Made by a program: the position numbers and the translations under genes. Positions 7,724 through 16,143 of a stretch of 33,442 bases of DNA are shown one piece after another. Position 1 is the first letter of the stretch. The number at the start of each line of letters is the position of its first letter. The notes beneath the pieces are model-generated. The model made no database searches. It was not told the DNA's origin and was given only the letters and a program-made list of their open reading frames with translations. Source of the stretch: an uncultured Clostridia bacterium (GTDB lineage: Bacteria > Bacillota > Clostridia > Christensenellales > Aristaeellaceae); NCBI GenBank assembly GCA_934643535.1, contig CAKUCE010000001.1, forward strand, positions 1-33,442, in the 5' to 3' direction.

Positions 7724-9790
7724 ATGGAAAAATACTTTGGCGTCTGTTACTACCCGGAATTGTATCCCAAACAGAAGCAGGAGGAATTCGTCCGGGAGGA
7801 CATCGAAAATATGCGCCGCGCCCATTTCAACGTGGTGCGTATGGCGGAATTCTGCTGGTGTCTGATGGAGCCGGAGGAGGGCGTATACGATTTTGACTGG
7901 CTGGAAAGGATGATCGGCCGGCTGGGCGAAAACGGCATCTATACGGTGCTGTGTACCCCCACCGCCACGCAGCCCGTCTGGATGGCCCGCAAGTATCCCG
8001 AAACCCTGTATGTGGATAATCAGGGCGTGCAGCGCAGCTACGGAGGGCGGCATTATCATTGCTATAATTCGCCCGTTTTCCGGGACTTTACGGAGAAAAT
8101 CTGTCTGGAAATGAGCCGCCGTTTCGGGAAAAATCCCTATGTGCTGGGCTTTCAGGTGGATAACGAAATGGGACAGGAGCATTCCGGCCGCTGCCAGTGC
8201 CCCGTCTGCCGCCAGAAGTTTAAGGAAGCCATGAAGGAAAAATTTCATGGGAAGATCGACGCGCTGAACGACGCCTTCGGCTCCCTGTTCTGGGGCCAGC
8301 GTTTCGACGATTTCGACCAGGTGGAGCCGCCCGCTGCCGGCCCCCGGGAAGATTCCAAAAACAACGTGGGCTGGCGGGGCACCAACATGCCCGCCCTCCG
8401 GCTGGAATTCGAGCGCTTTGCCAGCGACAGCCTGGTGGACTATTTCCGGCTTCAGCGGGATGCGCTGCGCCGCTTCAGCGATAAGCCCGTCACGCACAAC
8501 ACCACCCATCTGGGCACCAACGCCATTGATTATTTCAAGCTGGCGGAGTACGAGGACGTGGCGGCGGTGGATCATTATCCCTATGCGCTGGACGAGACCA
8601 AGCTGGCTTCCACGTCGGTCTACTCCATGGCCCGCAGCTATAAGCAGCGGGATTTCTGGCTGCTGGAGACCCTCTGCGGCGGCGGCCACGGCAACTGGGC
8701 CTATCAGGGCATGCCCCACGGCACGCCCGGGACCTTCCGGCAGAACATGGCCTTCGCCTATGCGTCCGGCGCGGAGCTGATCACGGCGTTCAAATACTCC
8801 GTGTTTCCTTCCGGGTTTGAAAATCTGGGCTCCGGCCTGATCGACCTGAACCGGATCCCGGGCCGCCGGTACAGGGAATTCTGTCAGGCAGGGGAAGATC
8901 TTGCCGCCTATGAGCCGATTCTGAACCGCACGCGGGTGGTTTCCGAGGTGGCGGTGGTGCTGGACTATAACAGCCTGTGGGCCCATCGCATCAAGCCCAT
9001 TCATAAGGCGTTCACCTATGAGGGCTATGTGCAGCAGCTGGTGGGCCAGCTGGCGGAATGGGGCGTGAATGTGGATATGATCGGCCCGGAGCATCCGCTG
9101 GAGGGATACCGCCTGGTCCTCGTGCCCTTTGCGCCCATCCTGCCGGAGAGCTTCCGCCAAAAGTGCCGGGAATATGTCGAAAAGGGCGGCGATCTGCTGG
9201 CCATGACGATGGCTTTCAGCCGGGACGAATGGGGCAGCGGCATTTTCGAAAAGAGCCCGGTGGGCATGACGGACTTCTTCGGGATGCACGTGGTGGAGAT
9301 GGAGCCGGTTTTCGACGGCCAGACCGACGCGCCCGTGCAGATCGAAGAAGTGACCATCCGCAGCCACTTCTGGCAGGAAACGCTGGAATCGGAGGGGGCA
9401 AAGGTGCTGGGCGCATTTAGCGGCACCTACCGGGACGGCAGGTCCGTGCTGACTGAAAATGCCTATGGAAAAGGCCGCGCCCTGTATCTGGGCACGGCCC
9501 CGGCCCCGGAAGACGCGCCGGCGCTGCTGAGGTGGCTGCTGGACCGCTGCGGCGTGACGCTGCCGCCGGTACGGATGACCTGCGGTCTCAGCGTCGTGAC
9601 CCGTCTTTCGGAAAACGAACGGTACTATTTTGTTTTCAATTCCCTGCCCGAAGAACAGGTCTGCCGCCTGAGCCGCCCGCTGGAAGCGGACTATGGCACC
9701 GGCGAGATGGGGGACGGGCTGCTCCGCCTGCCTGCCAAGGGATTTCAGATCCTTCACGAGCCTGCTTCCGCCGTCAGCCAGTCCAACTGA
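7724..9790 (+). CDS. GH42-family beta-galactosidase
   Basis: 688-aa ORF with GGGAGG 7 nt upstream. The N-terminus (YFGVCYYPE...FNVVRMAEFCW..EPEEGVYDFDWL) and the Cys cluster (CYNSP ... CQCPVCRQKF) match the GH42 zinc-site pattern as I recall it. Confidence 0.9.
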   Translation: MEKYFGVCYYPELYPKQKQEEFVREDIENMRRAHFNVVRMAEFCWCLMEPEEGVYDFDWLERMIGRLGENGIYTVLCTPTATQPVWMARKYPETLYVDNQGVQRSYGGRHYHCYNSPVFRDFTEKICLEMSRRFGKNPYVLGFQVDNEMGQEHSGRCQCPVCRQKFKEAMKEKFHGKIDALNDAFGSLFWGQRFDDFDQVEPPAAGPREDSKNNVGWRGTNMPALRLEFERFASDSLVDYFRLQRDALRRFSDKPVTHNTTHLGTNAIDYFKLAEYEDVAAVDHYPYALDETKLASTSVYSMARSYKQRDFWLLETLCGGGHGNWAYQGMPHGTPGTFRQNMAFAYASGAELITAFKYSVFPSGFENLGSGLIDLNRIPGRRYREFCQAGEDLAAYEPILNRTRVVSEVAVVLDYNSLWAHRIKPIHKAFTYEGYVQQLVGQLAEWGVNVDMIGPEHPLEGYRLVLVPFAPILPESFRQKCREYVEKGGDLLAMTMAFSRDEWGSGIFEKSPVGMTDFFGMHVVEMEPVFDGQTDAPVQIEEVTIRSHFWQETLESEGAKVLGAFSGTYRDGRSVLTENAYGKGRALYLGTAPAPEDAPALLRWLLDRCGVTLPPVRMTCGLSVVTRLSENERYYFVFNSLPEEQVCRLSRPLEADYGTGEMGDGLLRLPAKGFQILHEPASAVSQSN

Positions 9791-12084
9791 ACCGCCATGG
9801 AGGCAATCAGGACCTGATCGGCCCGGACGTAGCCGTAAACGCCCTCGGTGGGCATGGGCCAGCAGATCTCTCCATCGGGGATCATCACATACCACCAGTC
9901 GCCTGATTGGGCCAGCACCAGCATGTGGGTGCTGGCCCCGATTTCGGTTACGGTGGGGTTCAACAGCCCGCCGGGATGCTGCTTCAGGCTTGCGGGCTTC
10001 GGGTTGACGGCGGAACGGGGCATGGAAATAAGGGGAAAGAAAATCTCTTCGTCATGGGGAAGCTCCAGATATTGAGTGACCATGTAGCCGCTCAGACCGC
10101 CTGCCTGTACATTGGCCCAGTCGAAGGGGTCGCCCGGCGCGGTGCCCAGGACCCGGACCAGCACGCCGTCGTCAAAAAGCCCCAAGTCTTTGGAACGGGA
10201 CGAGGTACTCTGCCGCAGGTGAACGCCCTGGCAGACTGCGTATCCGGCAGGGACAACGCTTTTCTGCTCCCATGTCCAGACCTCCTCCTGCGTTCGGGGC
10301 AGATGGCTTTCCTCCAGATACTCCCAATAAGGCGGCAGATTGCTGACACCGGAGCAGGAACCCTGAGAGCCGTCCGGAGTGAAAAACTCGGAATCGTAGG
10401 TAGCGATTTCGTCGGTGGAATCGCCGCAGCGGAACAGGAAGGCCTCCAGCGTATCACGGTTGGCGCGGCGCACGCCCTTCCAGCTGCAATAGGCGGTACG
10501 GGCCGCATCGAAGGGGTACTGCCATATGGGCTTTACAAACAGGCTGTCCGTTTCGGAGGCGGAGAGCTGCCCGTCGATCCGGAACCAGAGCGTGCCCGGC
10601 TCGATGCGGATGCACAGGGGAGTGCCGCCGAAGAGCGCCTTTTCCCCGATGGGATACAGCCGGTCTCCCTGAAACATCACAAACAGCCGTTTCCCGTCCT
10701 TTTCAAAAACGGCCATCCCTTCGGCAATCTCGGACGCGTCGGAAAGACGGTAGGCTCCCGCCGCACATTCCCAGCCGGACAGCATGGGATGGGCGAAAAG
10801 AGCGTTCAGTGCTTCGGGAGCGGGGCCGACGAATTCCACCGCCTGTACCCGCGCCGCGCTGTCTATCAGCGTGCGCTCCCGCACGCCTGTCCGAAACGGG
10901 TCGCCGGTCAGCCCGGCAGCTCCCAGCAGCCCATTCTCTGCCAGCACGTCGCGGAAACGGTCTTCCAGTGCCGGCGGCCAGTTCATCTCGCTGCCATAGC
11001 AGGAGCTGAAAAATAGCCGCACGGCCAGGGCCGCGGCTTCCTCGCCGTCCCATTCCAGCGCCAGCAGATCCTTCAGGCCGGGAACGGGCCACGACACCTC
11101 CCATTGCTCCAGTGCGGCGGCCATGGCCCGGCGGCTTTCGGCGTTCCAGTGCAGAAACCAGCCTTCTTCCCGGGCTTCCCGCAGCACCGCCTGAATGGAG
11201 TTTTCGCCCGGATAGCGGGAGTTGCAGGGATTGGTGGAAAAGGGATTGGAGGAGGCGATCAGCGCTCCGTCCTGTATCTGATAGGTGCAGGTGTAGGCGT
11301 AGTCCTTGCCCTTGGGCCGTGCCCGAACGATCCAGCGGTCGTCTTCCTCCGAAACGGAGTAGTCGAAGCTGGTTTCCGTTTCTTCCGGCGTATAGCCGTA
11401 GACCTCGGTCAGGTAGTCCTGCAGATCGTCAAATCCGGGCGCGCCGCTGCGAACCGCTTCTTCTCCCGTTACGCTGGAAAGATTGGGCTCGTACAGCATG
11501 ACCCGAAATTCCGGCTCCAGCTGGGCCGCAAAACGCGCAAAGCCCTGCCAGCAGGAATAATCCCCCTGCATTTCCGTATAGGCGTTCTCGCCGTCCCGAT
11601 AGCCCGCCGTATTTCGAAAGCCTTCGATCTCGTCGCTGCTCAGATGGCCGTTGAGGGCATAGGTGATCTCGCGTCCCAGATAGGCGAAGTCGTTGTGAGC
11701 CTCGCTGTCCAGCAGCGCGTCATCCCGTGGAAGAAGGCGAAAGTCCAGACCGCCGGTATTGTCGATTCGGCCCACATAGCCCGTTTCGGGAGTCAGCTCA
11801 ACGGTGCAGACCGTTTCGCCCTGCGCCGCGCTGACCAGCCAGCGCCCGTTCTTTTTCTGGGCCGACCATTGAGCGGCGCTGGCGTCCCGCCCGAACAGAG
11901 GCGAGGACAGAATGGCCTGCGCCCGGGCGATGGCTTCCTCTTCGGAGGCGACCGGCCCCTGCGGCAGCGCGCTCACGTCTTCCGGCGAAGGAACGGATGC
12001 GGCAAAGGCTCCAAGCGGGAATAGAAACAGAAGAAACAACAGAAGACAGACTGAAAGAGATCCTGCGCTCGTTTTCATTCTCAT
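9754..12084 (-). CDS. Secreted protein of unknown function with two C-terminal SH3b-like segments
   Basis: I chose the ATG at 12084 (GGGAGGG 7 nt upstream), giving MRMKTSAGSLSVCLLLFLLFLFPLGAFA/AS, a signal peptide with an AFA-A cleavage site. The C-terminal ~170 aa contain two SH3b-like patterns (VHLRQ..GVLVRVLG..WANVQAGGLSGYMVTQYLE and HMLVLAQSGDWWYVMIPDGE..GYVRADQV). Confidence 0.8.
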   Translation of the reverse strand: MRMKTSAGSLSVCLLLFLLFLFPLGAFAASVPSPEDVSALPQGPVASEEEAIARAQAILSSPLFGRDASAAQWSAQKKNGRWLVSAAQGETVCTVELTPETGYVGRIDNTGGLDFRLLPRDDALLDSEAHNDFAYLGREITYALNGHLSSDEIEGFRNTAGYRDGENAYTEMQGDYSCWQGFARFAAQLEPEFRVMLYEPNLSSVTGEEAVRSGAPGFDDLQDYLTEVYGYTPEETETSFDYSVSEEDDRWIVRARPKGKDYAYTCTYQIQDGALIASSNPFSTNPCNSRYPGENSIQAVLREAREEGWFLHWNAESRRAMAAALEQWEVSWPVPGLKDLLALEWDGEEAAALAVRLFFSSCYGSEMNWPPALEDRFRDVLAENGLLGAAGLTGDPFRTGVRERTLIDSAARVQAVEFVGPAPEALNALFAHPMLSGWECAAGAYRLSDASEIAEGMAVFEKDGKRLFVMFQGDRLYPIGEKALFGGTPLCIRIEPGTLWFRIDGQLSASETDSLFVKPIWQYPFDAARTAYCSWKGVRRANRDTLEAFLFRCGDSTDEIATYDSEFFTPDGSQGSCSGVSNLPPYWEYLEESHLPRTQEEVWTWEQKSVVPAGYAVCQGVHLRQSTSSRSKDLGLFDDGVLVRVLGTAPGDPFDWANVQAGGLSGYMVTQYLELPHDEEIFFPLISMPRSAVNPKPASLKQHPGGLLNPTVTEIGASTHMLVLAQSGDWWYVMIPDGEICWPMPTEGVYGYVRADQVLIASMAVQLDWLTAEAGS

Positions 12085-12205
12085 GAACGAACCCTCCCGA
12101 AACGGTACAAAGAATGGGGTCTCCGATTTCAAAAATGGAACGAACGGAAATGGGAAAATCTTCCGAATGGAGGAGAAAAAGAAGGCGAAGTTTACAAATG
12201 TGTAC

Positions 12206-12240
12206 CGAAAAAGGCGTTTCAGAAAAATCTGAAATGCCTT
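12206..12240 (-). terminator. Rho-independent terminator after the citrate-synthase-like gene
   Basis: The minus strand reads aaggcatttcag-loop-ctgaaacgcctt (one mismatch) followed by tttcgg. Confidence 0.6.
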
Positions 12241-12255
12241 TCAAATGCCGCAGCC

Positions 12256-13650
12256 TTACCGGCTCTTGTGGAACAAAAGCCGTTCATACCGTTCGGGATC
12301 GGCGTCCCGAACCATGATCTCCAATTCCTCGTCGCCCATGACGGTGTTGCGGCCGCTTTCGTAAAGCGCGTCCACCATTTTCTTCACGGCCAGCACCAGC
12401 GAATCCTGCTTATCCACCTGATGCTTGCCCTTGAGACGGAAGAAGGAATTGATCCAGTGGGCGATGCCGGCAAGACCGCTGTGCGCGTCCACGGCCACCG
12501 TGGCGGGCCGGTTCAGGATGGCGGCGGTGTCGAAAATGTTGTAGATTTCCTCGTCCTTCAGCAGGCCGTCGGCGTGGATGCCGGCTCGGGTCACGTTGAA
12601 GTGACGACCCACGAAGGGCTGACGGGGGCTGATCTCCAACCCGATTTCCCGCTCCATGAACTCGGCGATCTCGGTCACGGCGGTCAGATCCATGCCGTCG
12701 GTGGTGCCGCGCAGGGCCTGATACTCGATGGCCATGGCTTCCAGCGGGCAGTTGCCCGTGCGTTCGCCGATGCCCAGAAGCGAGCAGTTTACGCTGGAAC
12801 AGCCGTACAGCCAGGCCGTGCCCGCATTGCTGACCACCTTGTAGAAGTCGTTGTGCCCGTGCCATTCCAACTGGGCGGACGGGATCTGCGCGTAGTGATG
12901 CAGGCCGTATACGATGCCGGGCACACTGCGGGGCAGCGCCGCACCGGGGTAGCTGACGCCATAGCCCATGGTATCGCAGGCGCGGATCTTGATGGGAATA
13001 CCGCTTTCGGCGCTCAGATCCATCAGCTGCTCCGCGAAGGGCAGCACGAAGCCGTAGAAATCCGCCCGGGTGATGTCCTCGAAGTGGCAGCGGGGCACGA
13101 TGCCGCGATCCAGCGCCGCCTTAACGATGGCCAGATACTTTTCCAACGCCTGCGAACGGTTCAGGTGCATTTTTTTGAAGATGTGGTAGTCGCTGCAGGA
13201 AACCAGCACGCCGGTCTCCTTTACGCCCGCCGCCTTCACCAGCTCGAAGTCCTTTTCGTTGGCCCGGATCCACGTGGTGATCTCGGGAAATTCCAGCCCC
13301 AGATCCTGACACATTTCCAGCGCTTCCCGATCCTTGGGAGTGTAGAGGAAAAATTCGCTCTGCCGGATCAGGCCCTTGGGTCCGCCCATCCGGGATTCCA
13401 GCTGGAACAGCTTGACGATCTGCTGGGGCGTAAAGGGGCTGACGCTCTGCTGGCCGTCCCGGAAGGTGGTATCCGTCATCCAGATCTCATCCGGCACGCA
13501 GATGGGCACCAGACGATTGTTGAAAGCGATCTTGGGGATGGCTTCATAATCGAAAATCTCCCGGTACAGGTTGGGTTCCTCAACATCCTGCAGTTGATAC
13601 TTGTATTTGGACTGCATCAGCTGATTGGTTTTTTTGCTGAATTCAAGCAT
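12256..13650 (-). CDS. DRE-TIM (HMGL-like) acyl-CoA condensing enzyme of the isopropylmalate/homocitrate synthase family, probable Re-citrate synthase
   Basis: 464-aa ORF. Contains DTTFRDGQQ and HGHNDFYKVVSNAGTAWLYG metal-site motifs. Its size and lack of a LeuA regulatory domain resemble the Clostridium kluyveri-type Re-citrate synthase. The ATG directly follows the upstream TGA, and AAGGAG lies inside the upstream gene's 3' end. Confidence 0.6.
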   Translation of the reverse strand: MLEFSKKTNQLMQSKYKYQLQDVEEPNLYREIFDYEAIPKIAFNNRLVPICVPDEIWMTDTTFRDGQQSVSPFTPQQIVKLFQLESRMGGPKGLIRQSEFFLYTPKDREALEMCQDLGLEFPEITTWIRANEKDFELVKAAGVKETGVLVSCSDYHIFKKMHLNRSQALEKYLAIVKAALDRGIVPRCHFEDITRADFYGFVLPFAEQLMDLSAESGIPIKIRACDTMGYGVSYPGAALPRSVPGIVYGLHHYAQIPSAQLEWHGHNDFYKVVSNAGTAWLYGCSSVNCSLLGIGERTGNCPLEAMAIEYQALRGTTDGMDLTAVTEIAEFMEREIGLEISPRQPFVGRHFNVTRAGIHADGLLKDEEIYNIFDTAAILNRPATVAVDAHSGLAGIAHWINSFFRLKGKHQVDKQDSLVLAVKKMVDALYESGRNTVMGDEELEIMVRDADPERYERLLFHKSR

Positions 13651-14850
13651 TCAGTTCAGCTCCTTTACAAAATCTGCCAGACGGTTCATGCCTTCCTCGA
13701 TGGCCTCCATGCTGGTGGCGTAGCTCAGACGGCAGAAGCCGTCCGCCAGGAAGGATTCGCCGGGCACGATCACGGCATGCTGCTTTTCCAGAAGCGCGTT
13801 GGCAAAATCACTGCTGCTGGCGATCACCTTGCCGTCCAGACGCTTGCCCAGCAGGGGACGCACGTCCATCATCACGTAGAACGCGCCGTCGGGCTTGTTG
13901 CAGCTCAGACCGGGGATGGCGTTGATCCGCTCCACGATCCGGTCGCGGCGCTGCTGGAAAGCCTGACGCATGGTCTCCACGCAGGTCTGGTCGCCGCGGA
14001 GGGCCACGGCGGCGGCGTGCTGGGCGGCGCTGTTGGGCGCGGAGGTGGACTGGCTCTGGTAGTTGGTCATGGCTTTGATCACGTCCCGCGGCCCGGCGGT
14101 GTAGCCGATGCGGAAGCCGGTCATGGCGTAGGACTTGCTGACACCGTTTACCACCAGCGTATGCGCTTTGGCCTCCTCGCCGAGGGAGGCGATGGAGCAG
14201 GGCCTTTCGCCGGTGTAAAGCAGCTTTTCGTAAATTTCGTCGGAGACGATGTAGAAATCATGCTCGATGGCCAGCTGCATGACGTTTTCCATCTGCTTCC
14301 GGTTCCAGACGCAGCCGGTGGGGTTATTGGGGGAGGTCAGCAGGAAAGCCTTGGTACGGGGCGTGATGGCGGCCAGGATTTCGCCGTTGGTGGGCACGAA
14401 GCCGTGCTCTTTTTTCATTTCGACGAAAATGGGCGTGCCTCCTGCCATACGAACCATCTCCGGGTAGCTGACCCAGCAGGGGGTGGGAATGATCACCTCG
14501 TCGCCGGGATCGAGAAGAGTCTGGAACAGGGTATAGAGCGAATGCTTGGCACCGTTGGAGACGATGATCTCCTGCGGGTCATAATGCAGGCCGTGGTCTT
14601 CTTCAAAACGGTGGATGATCGCCTCTTTCAACTCGGCGGTGCCGCTGACGGGCGTATAGCGGGTCATGTTCTGATCCATGGCTTCCTTCATGGCGTTGCG
14701 GATGGGCAGGGGCGTATCAAAATCGGGCTCGCCGGCGGCAAAGCTGACCACGCTGACGCCCTGAGCCTTCAGGGCCTTGGCCTTGGCGTCCATCGCAAGA
14801 GTAGCGGACGGAGCGATCCTCCGTGCTTTTTCCGAAATCGTGCGGGGCAT
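13651..14850 (-). CDS. Class I pyridoxal-phosphate aminotransferase (aspartate aminotransferase-like)
   Basis: I chose the ATG at 14850 (GGAGG 8 nt upstream), giving 399 aa. Contains SFAAGEPDFDTP, LTSPNNPTG and the SKSYAMTGFRIGY lysine motif. The tracked 445-aa ORF is an unsupported N-terminal extension. Confidence 0.88.
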   Translation of the reverse strand: MPRTISEKARRIAPSATLAMDAKAKALKAQGVSVVSFAAGEPDFDTPLPIRNAMKEAMDQNMTRYTPVSGTAELKEAIIHRFEEDHGLHYDPQEIIVSNGAKHSLYTLFQTLLDPGDEVIIPTPCWVSYPEMVRMAGGTPIFVEMKKEHGFVPTNGEILAAITPRTKAFLLTSPNNPTGCVWNRKQMENVMQLAIEHDFYIVSDEIYEKLLYTGERPCSIASLGEEAKAHTLVVNGVSKSYAMTGFRIGYTAGPRDVIKAMTNYQSQSTSAPNSAAQHAAAVALRGDQTCVETMRQAFQQRRDRIVERINAIPGLSCNKPDGAFYVMMDVRPLLGKRLDGKVIASSSDFANALLEKQHAVIVPGESFLADGFCRLSYATSMEAIEEGMNRLADFVKELN

Positions 14851-14971
14851 AATGGAAACCTCCCTCGTCAGGCAGAGCCTGAATACTGGACAAATGAAAG
14901 TTTTTTGGTTCCTTCCTGCAAAATGCACCGTTGGGGCGGGAAGGGCGGCAGCCGTTGCCGCGACAGGACAC

Positions 14972-15000
14972 AGTATAGCATACGTCAAAAAATAAGTAAA
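14972..15000 (-). promoter_or_regulatory. Putative promoter of the aminotransferase/citrate-synthase operon (TTTACT-17-TGCTATACT)
   Basis: On the minus strand the -35 is at 15000-14995 and the -10 at 14977-14972, with a TG extension. It lies in an AT-rich context. Confidence 0.5.
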
Positions 15001-15274
15001 GTGCGCGAATGATTATTTTTTGCTCTTCTTTCGTGAAAAAGAAGAAAAATGAATTTTTGAATTGCAGTTTCTGCATATGGAGTCCCGAAGGAGCTGCTCC
15101 CGGCGCTTTGGCGTTCCCGGATGCATTCCCTGCCCGGAAATGCCGGGACTGCCTGCGGTGTTTTCAGGTTGGCCATATTTTGTTAACGATTCCGCCGTCA
15201 AACCATCACCTGACGCACAGATAAATTTCCTATCCTCAAACTGCTGATGAAACGGCGAAAGGAGAGAAACGGAA

Positions 15275-15418
15275 TTGATCGAGGTACGGCATTTGTCCAA
15301 GCGTTACGGAACGCATCTGGCGGTGGACGACCTGTCGTTTTCCATCGACAGGGGCGTGGTGTACGGTTTCCTTGGCCCGAATGGCGCAGGAATTAAACAC
15401 AAACACAATAAACATTAA
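15275..15418 (+). pseudogene. 5' fragment of an ABC transporter ATP-binding protein gene, broken inside the Walker A motif
   Basis: AAAGGAGAG RBS followed by TTG at 15275. It encodes (M)IEVRHLSKRYGTHLAVDDLSFSIDRGVVYGFLGPNGAG, then unrelated IKHKHNKH and a stop. The canonical GPNGAGKT(T) is interrupted at about nt 15391/15392, where the sequence turns AT-rich. Confidence 0.85.
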
Positions 15419-15448
15419 AAAAAGCCGGGGATCACTCCCCGGCTTTTT
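15417..15448. terminator. Bidirectional rho-independent terminator inside the inserted fragment
   Basis: aaaaaaa-gccgggg-atcact-ccccggc-ttttt: a 7-bp GC stem with an A-run on one side and a T-run on the other. Confidence 0.75.
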
Positions 15449-15656
15449 CGTGTTCCAAGTCTGCCAGCCTGTGGTTGATGACTTTGATCTGTTCTTCCAC
15501 CACCGGCATTCTTTGGGCAAAATTGTTGTGCGCCCTCACTTCCCGCGTCAGCTCTTTGATCTGCACGTCCGTTACCGCCTGCGACGTTTTGATACTGTTT
15601 TCCACCTTGCGGTTGCTGGCCGCGTTGGTGATGATAACCCCTACAAGGGCCATCAC
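15432..15656 (-). CDS. Small ORF (74 codons) encoding a partial hydrophobic N-terminus plus a coiled-coil segment; probably the 3' remnant of a foreign, possibly phage-type, small membrane protein gene
   Basis: GTG at 15656 or ATG at 15653, with only a weak AAGGG upstream. The hydrophobic stretch ALVGVIIT is too short for a full helix. It is followed by heptad-like VENSIKTSQAVTDVQIKELTREV...EEQIKVINHRLADLE. Third-position GC is lower than in the neighbours. The stop codon lies in the loop of the terminator hairpin. Confidence 0.35.
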   Translation of the reverse strand: MMALVGVIITNAASNRKVENSIKTSQAVTDVQIKELTREVRAHNNFAQRMPVVEEQIKVINHRLADLEHEKAGE

Positions 15657-15657
15657 C

Positions 15658-16143
15658 AGTCCCTTTACCAGTGGGCGGTACTACATTCTGGTGCCCATGG
15701 CGCAGCCTCTTGAGGAGACGGAGGATTCTTCCGCTACGGTCACGTGGCTGCTGACCACCTCCGAAAGCGCCTATACCAAGGCGGCGGGCATGAACGCCGC
15801 CACCGTGGAAAAAGAGGACGGCGACGAAGAAGGTCAGTTCCATGTGGCGGCTGCGTCCGAGCTGGGCGAAGGGCGGCTGGTGTGGATCGCTTCGTCGGAA
15901 TTTCTGGACGATAACGTGAACGCCATGGTGTCCGGGGCCAACGGCAATCTGCTGATGAACGCCGTGGACTGGATGGCCGGGCAGGAGGAGACCATCTCCA
16001 TCCGCGCCAAGAGTCTGGATGAGGACGGCCTGACCGTGACCGGCGCGGAGAACTCCCTGTGGAGCGCCGTGATGATCGGCATCCTTCCCGCCGCGCTGAT
16101 CGCGCTGGGCATTGTGATCTGCATAAGGAGGAAACGGCGTTGA
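15658..16143 (+). pseudogene. 3' fragment of a GldG-like ABC-transporter auxiliary protein gene (last ~160 codons only)
   Basis: It encodes ...RLVWIASSEFLDDNVNAMVSGANGNLLMNAVDWMAGQEETISIRAK...WSAVMIGILPAALIALGIVICIRRKRR. This is the typical C-terminal end and membrane anchor of GldG/ABC_transp_aux proteins. It has no start codon or RBS of its own, and upstream in frame is only the antisense of the small ORF. Confidence 0.75.

Noticed and set aside
7652-9895. 747-aa ORF antisense to the GH42 gene
   Set aside because: The same stop-codon-poor antisense-frame artefact. It has no recognisable motifs or RBS, while the GH42 frame is unambiguous.
12268-15012. 914-aa ORF on the plus strand spanning two genes
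   Set aside because: It is antisense to both the citrate-synthase-like and the aminotransferase genes and crosses their junction. It has a low-complexity G/A/V/H-rich translation and no RBS.
15062-15247. 61-aa ORF in the region upstream of the ABC ATPase fragment
   Set aside because: It has no RBS and a Cys/Pro/Arg-rich composition, and it sits in a probable promoter/leader region.
15475-16143. 222-aa ORF that could be read as an intact gene
   Set aside because: Its first ~60 codons are merely the antisense of the small minus-strand ORF, and it has no RBS. Only the last ~160 codons look like GldG, so it is treated as a gene fragment.
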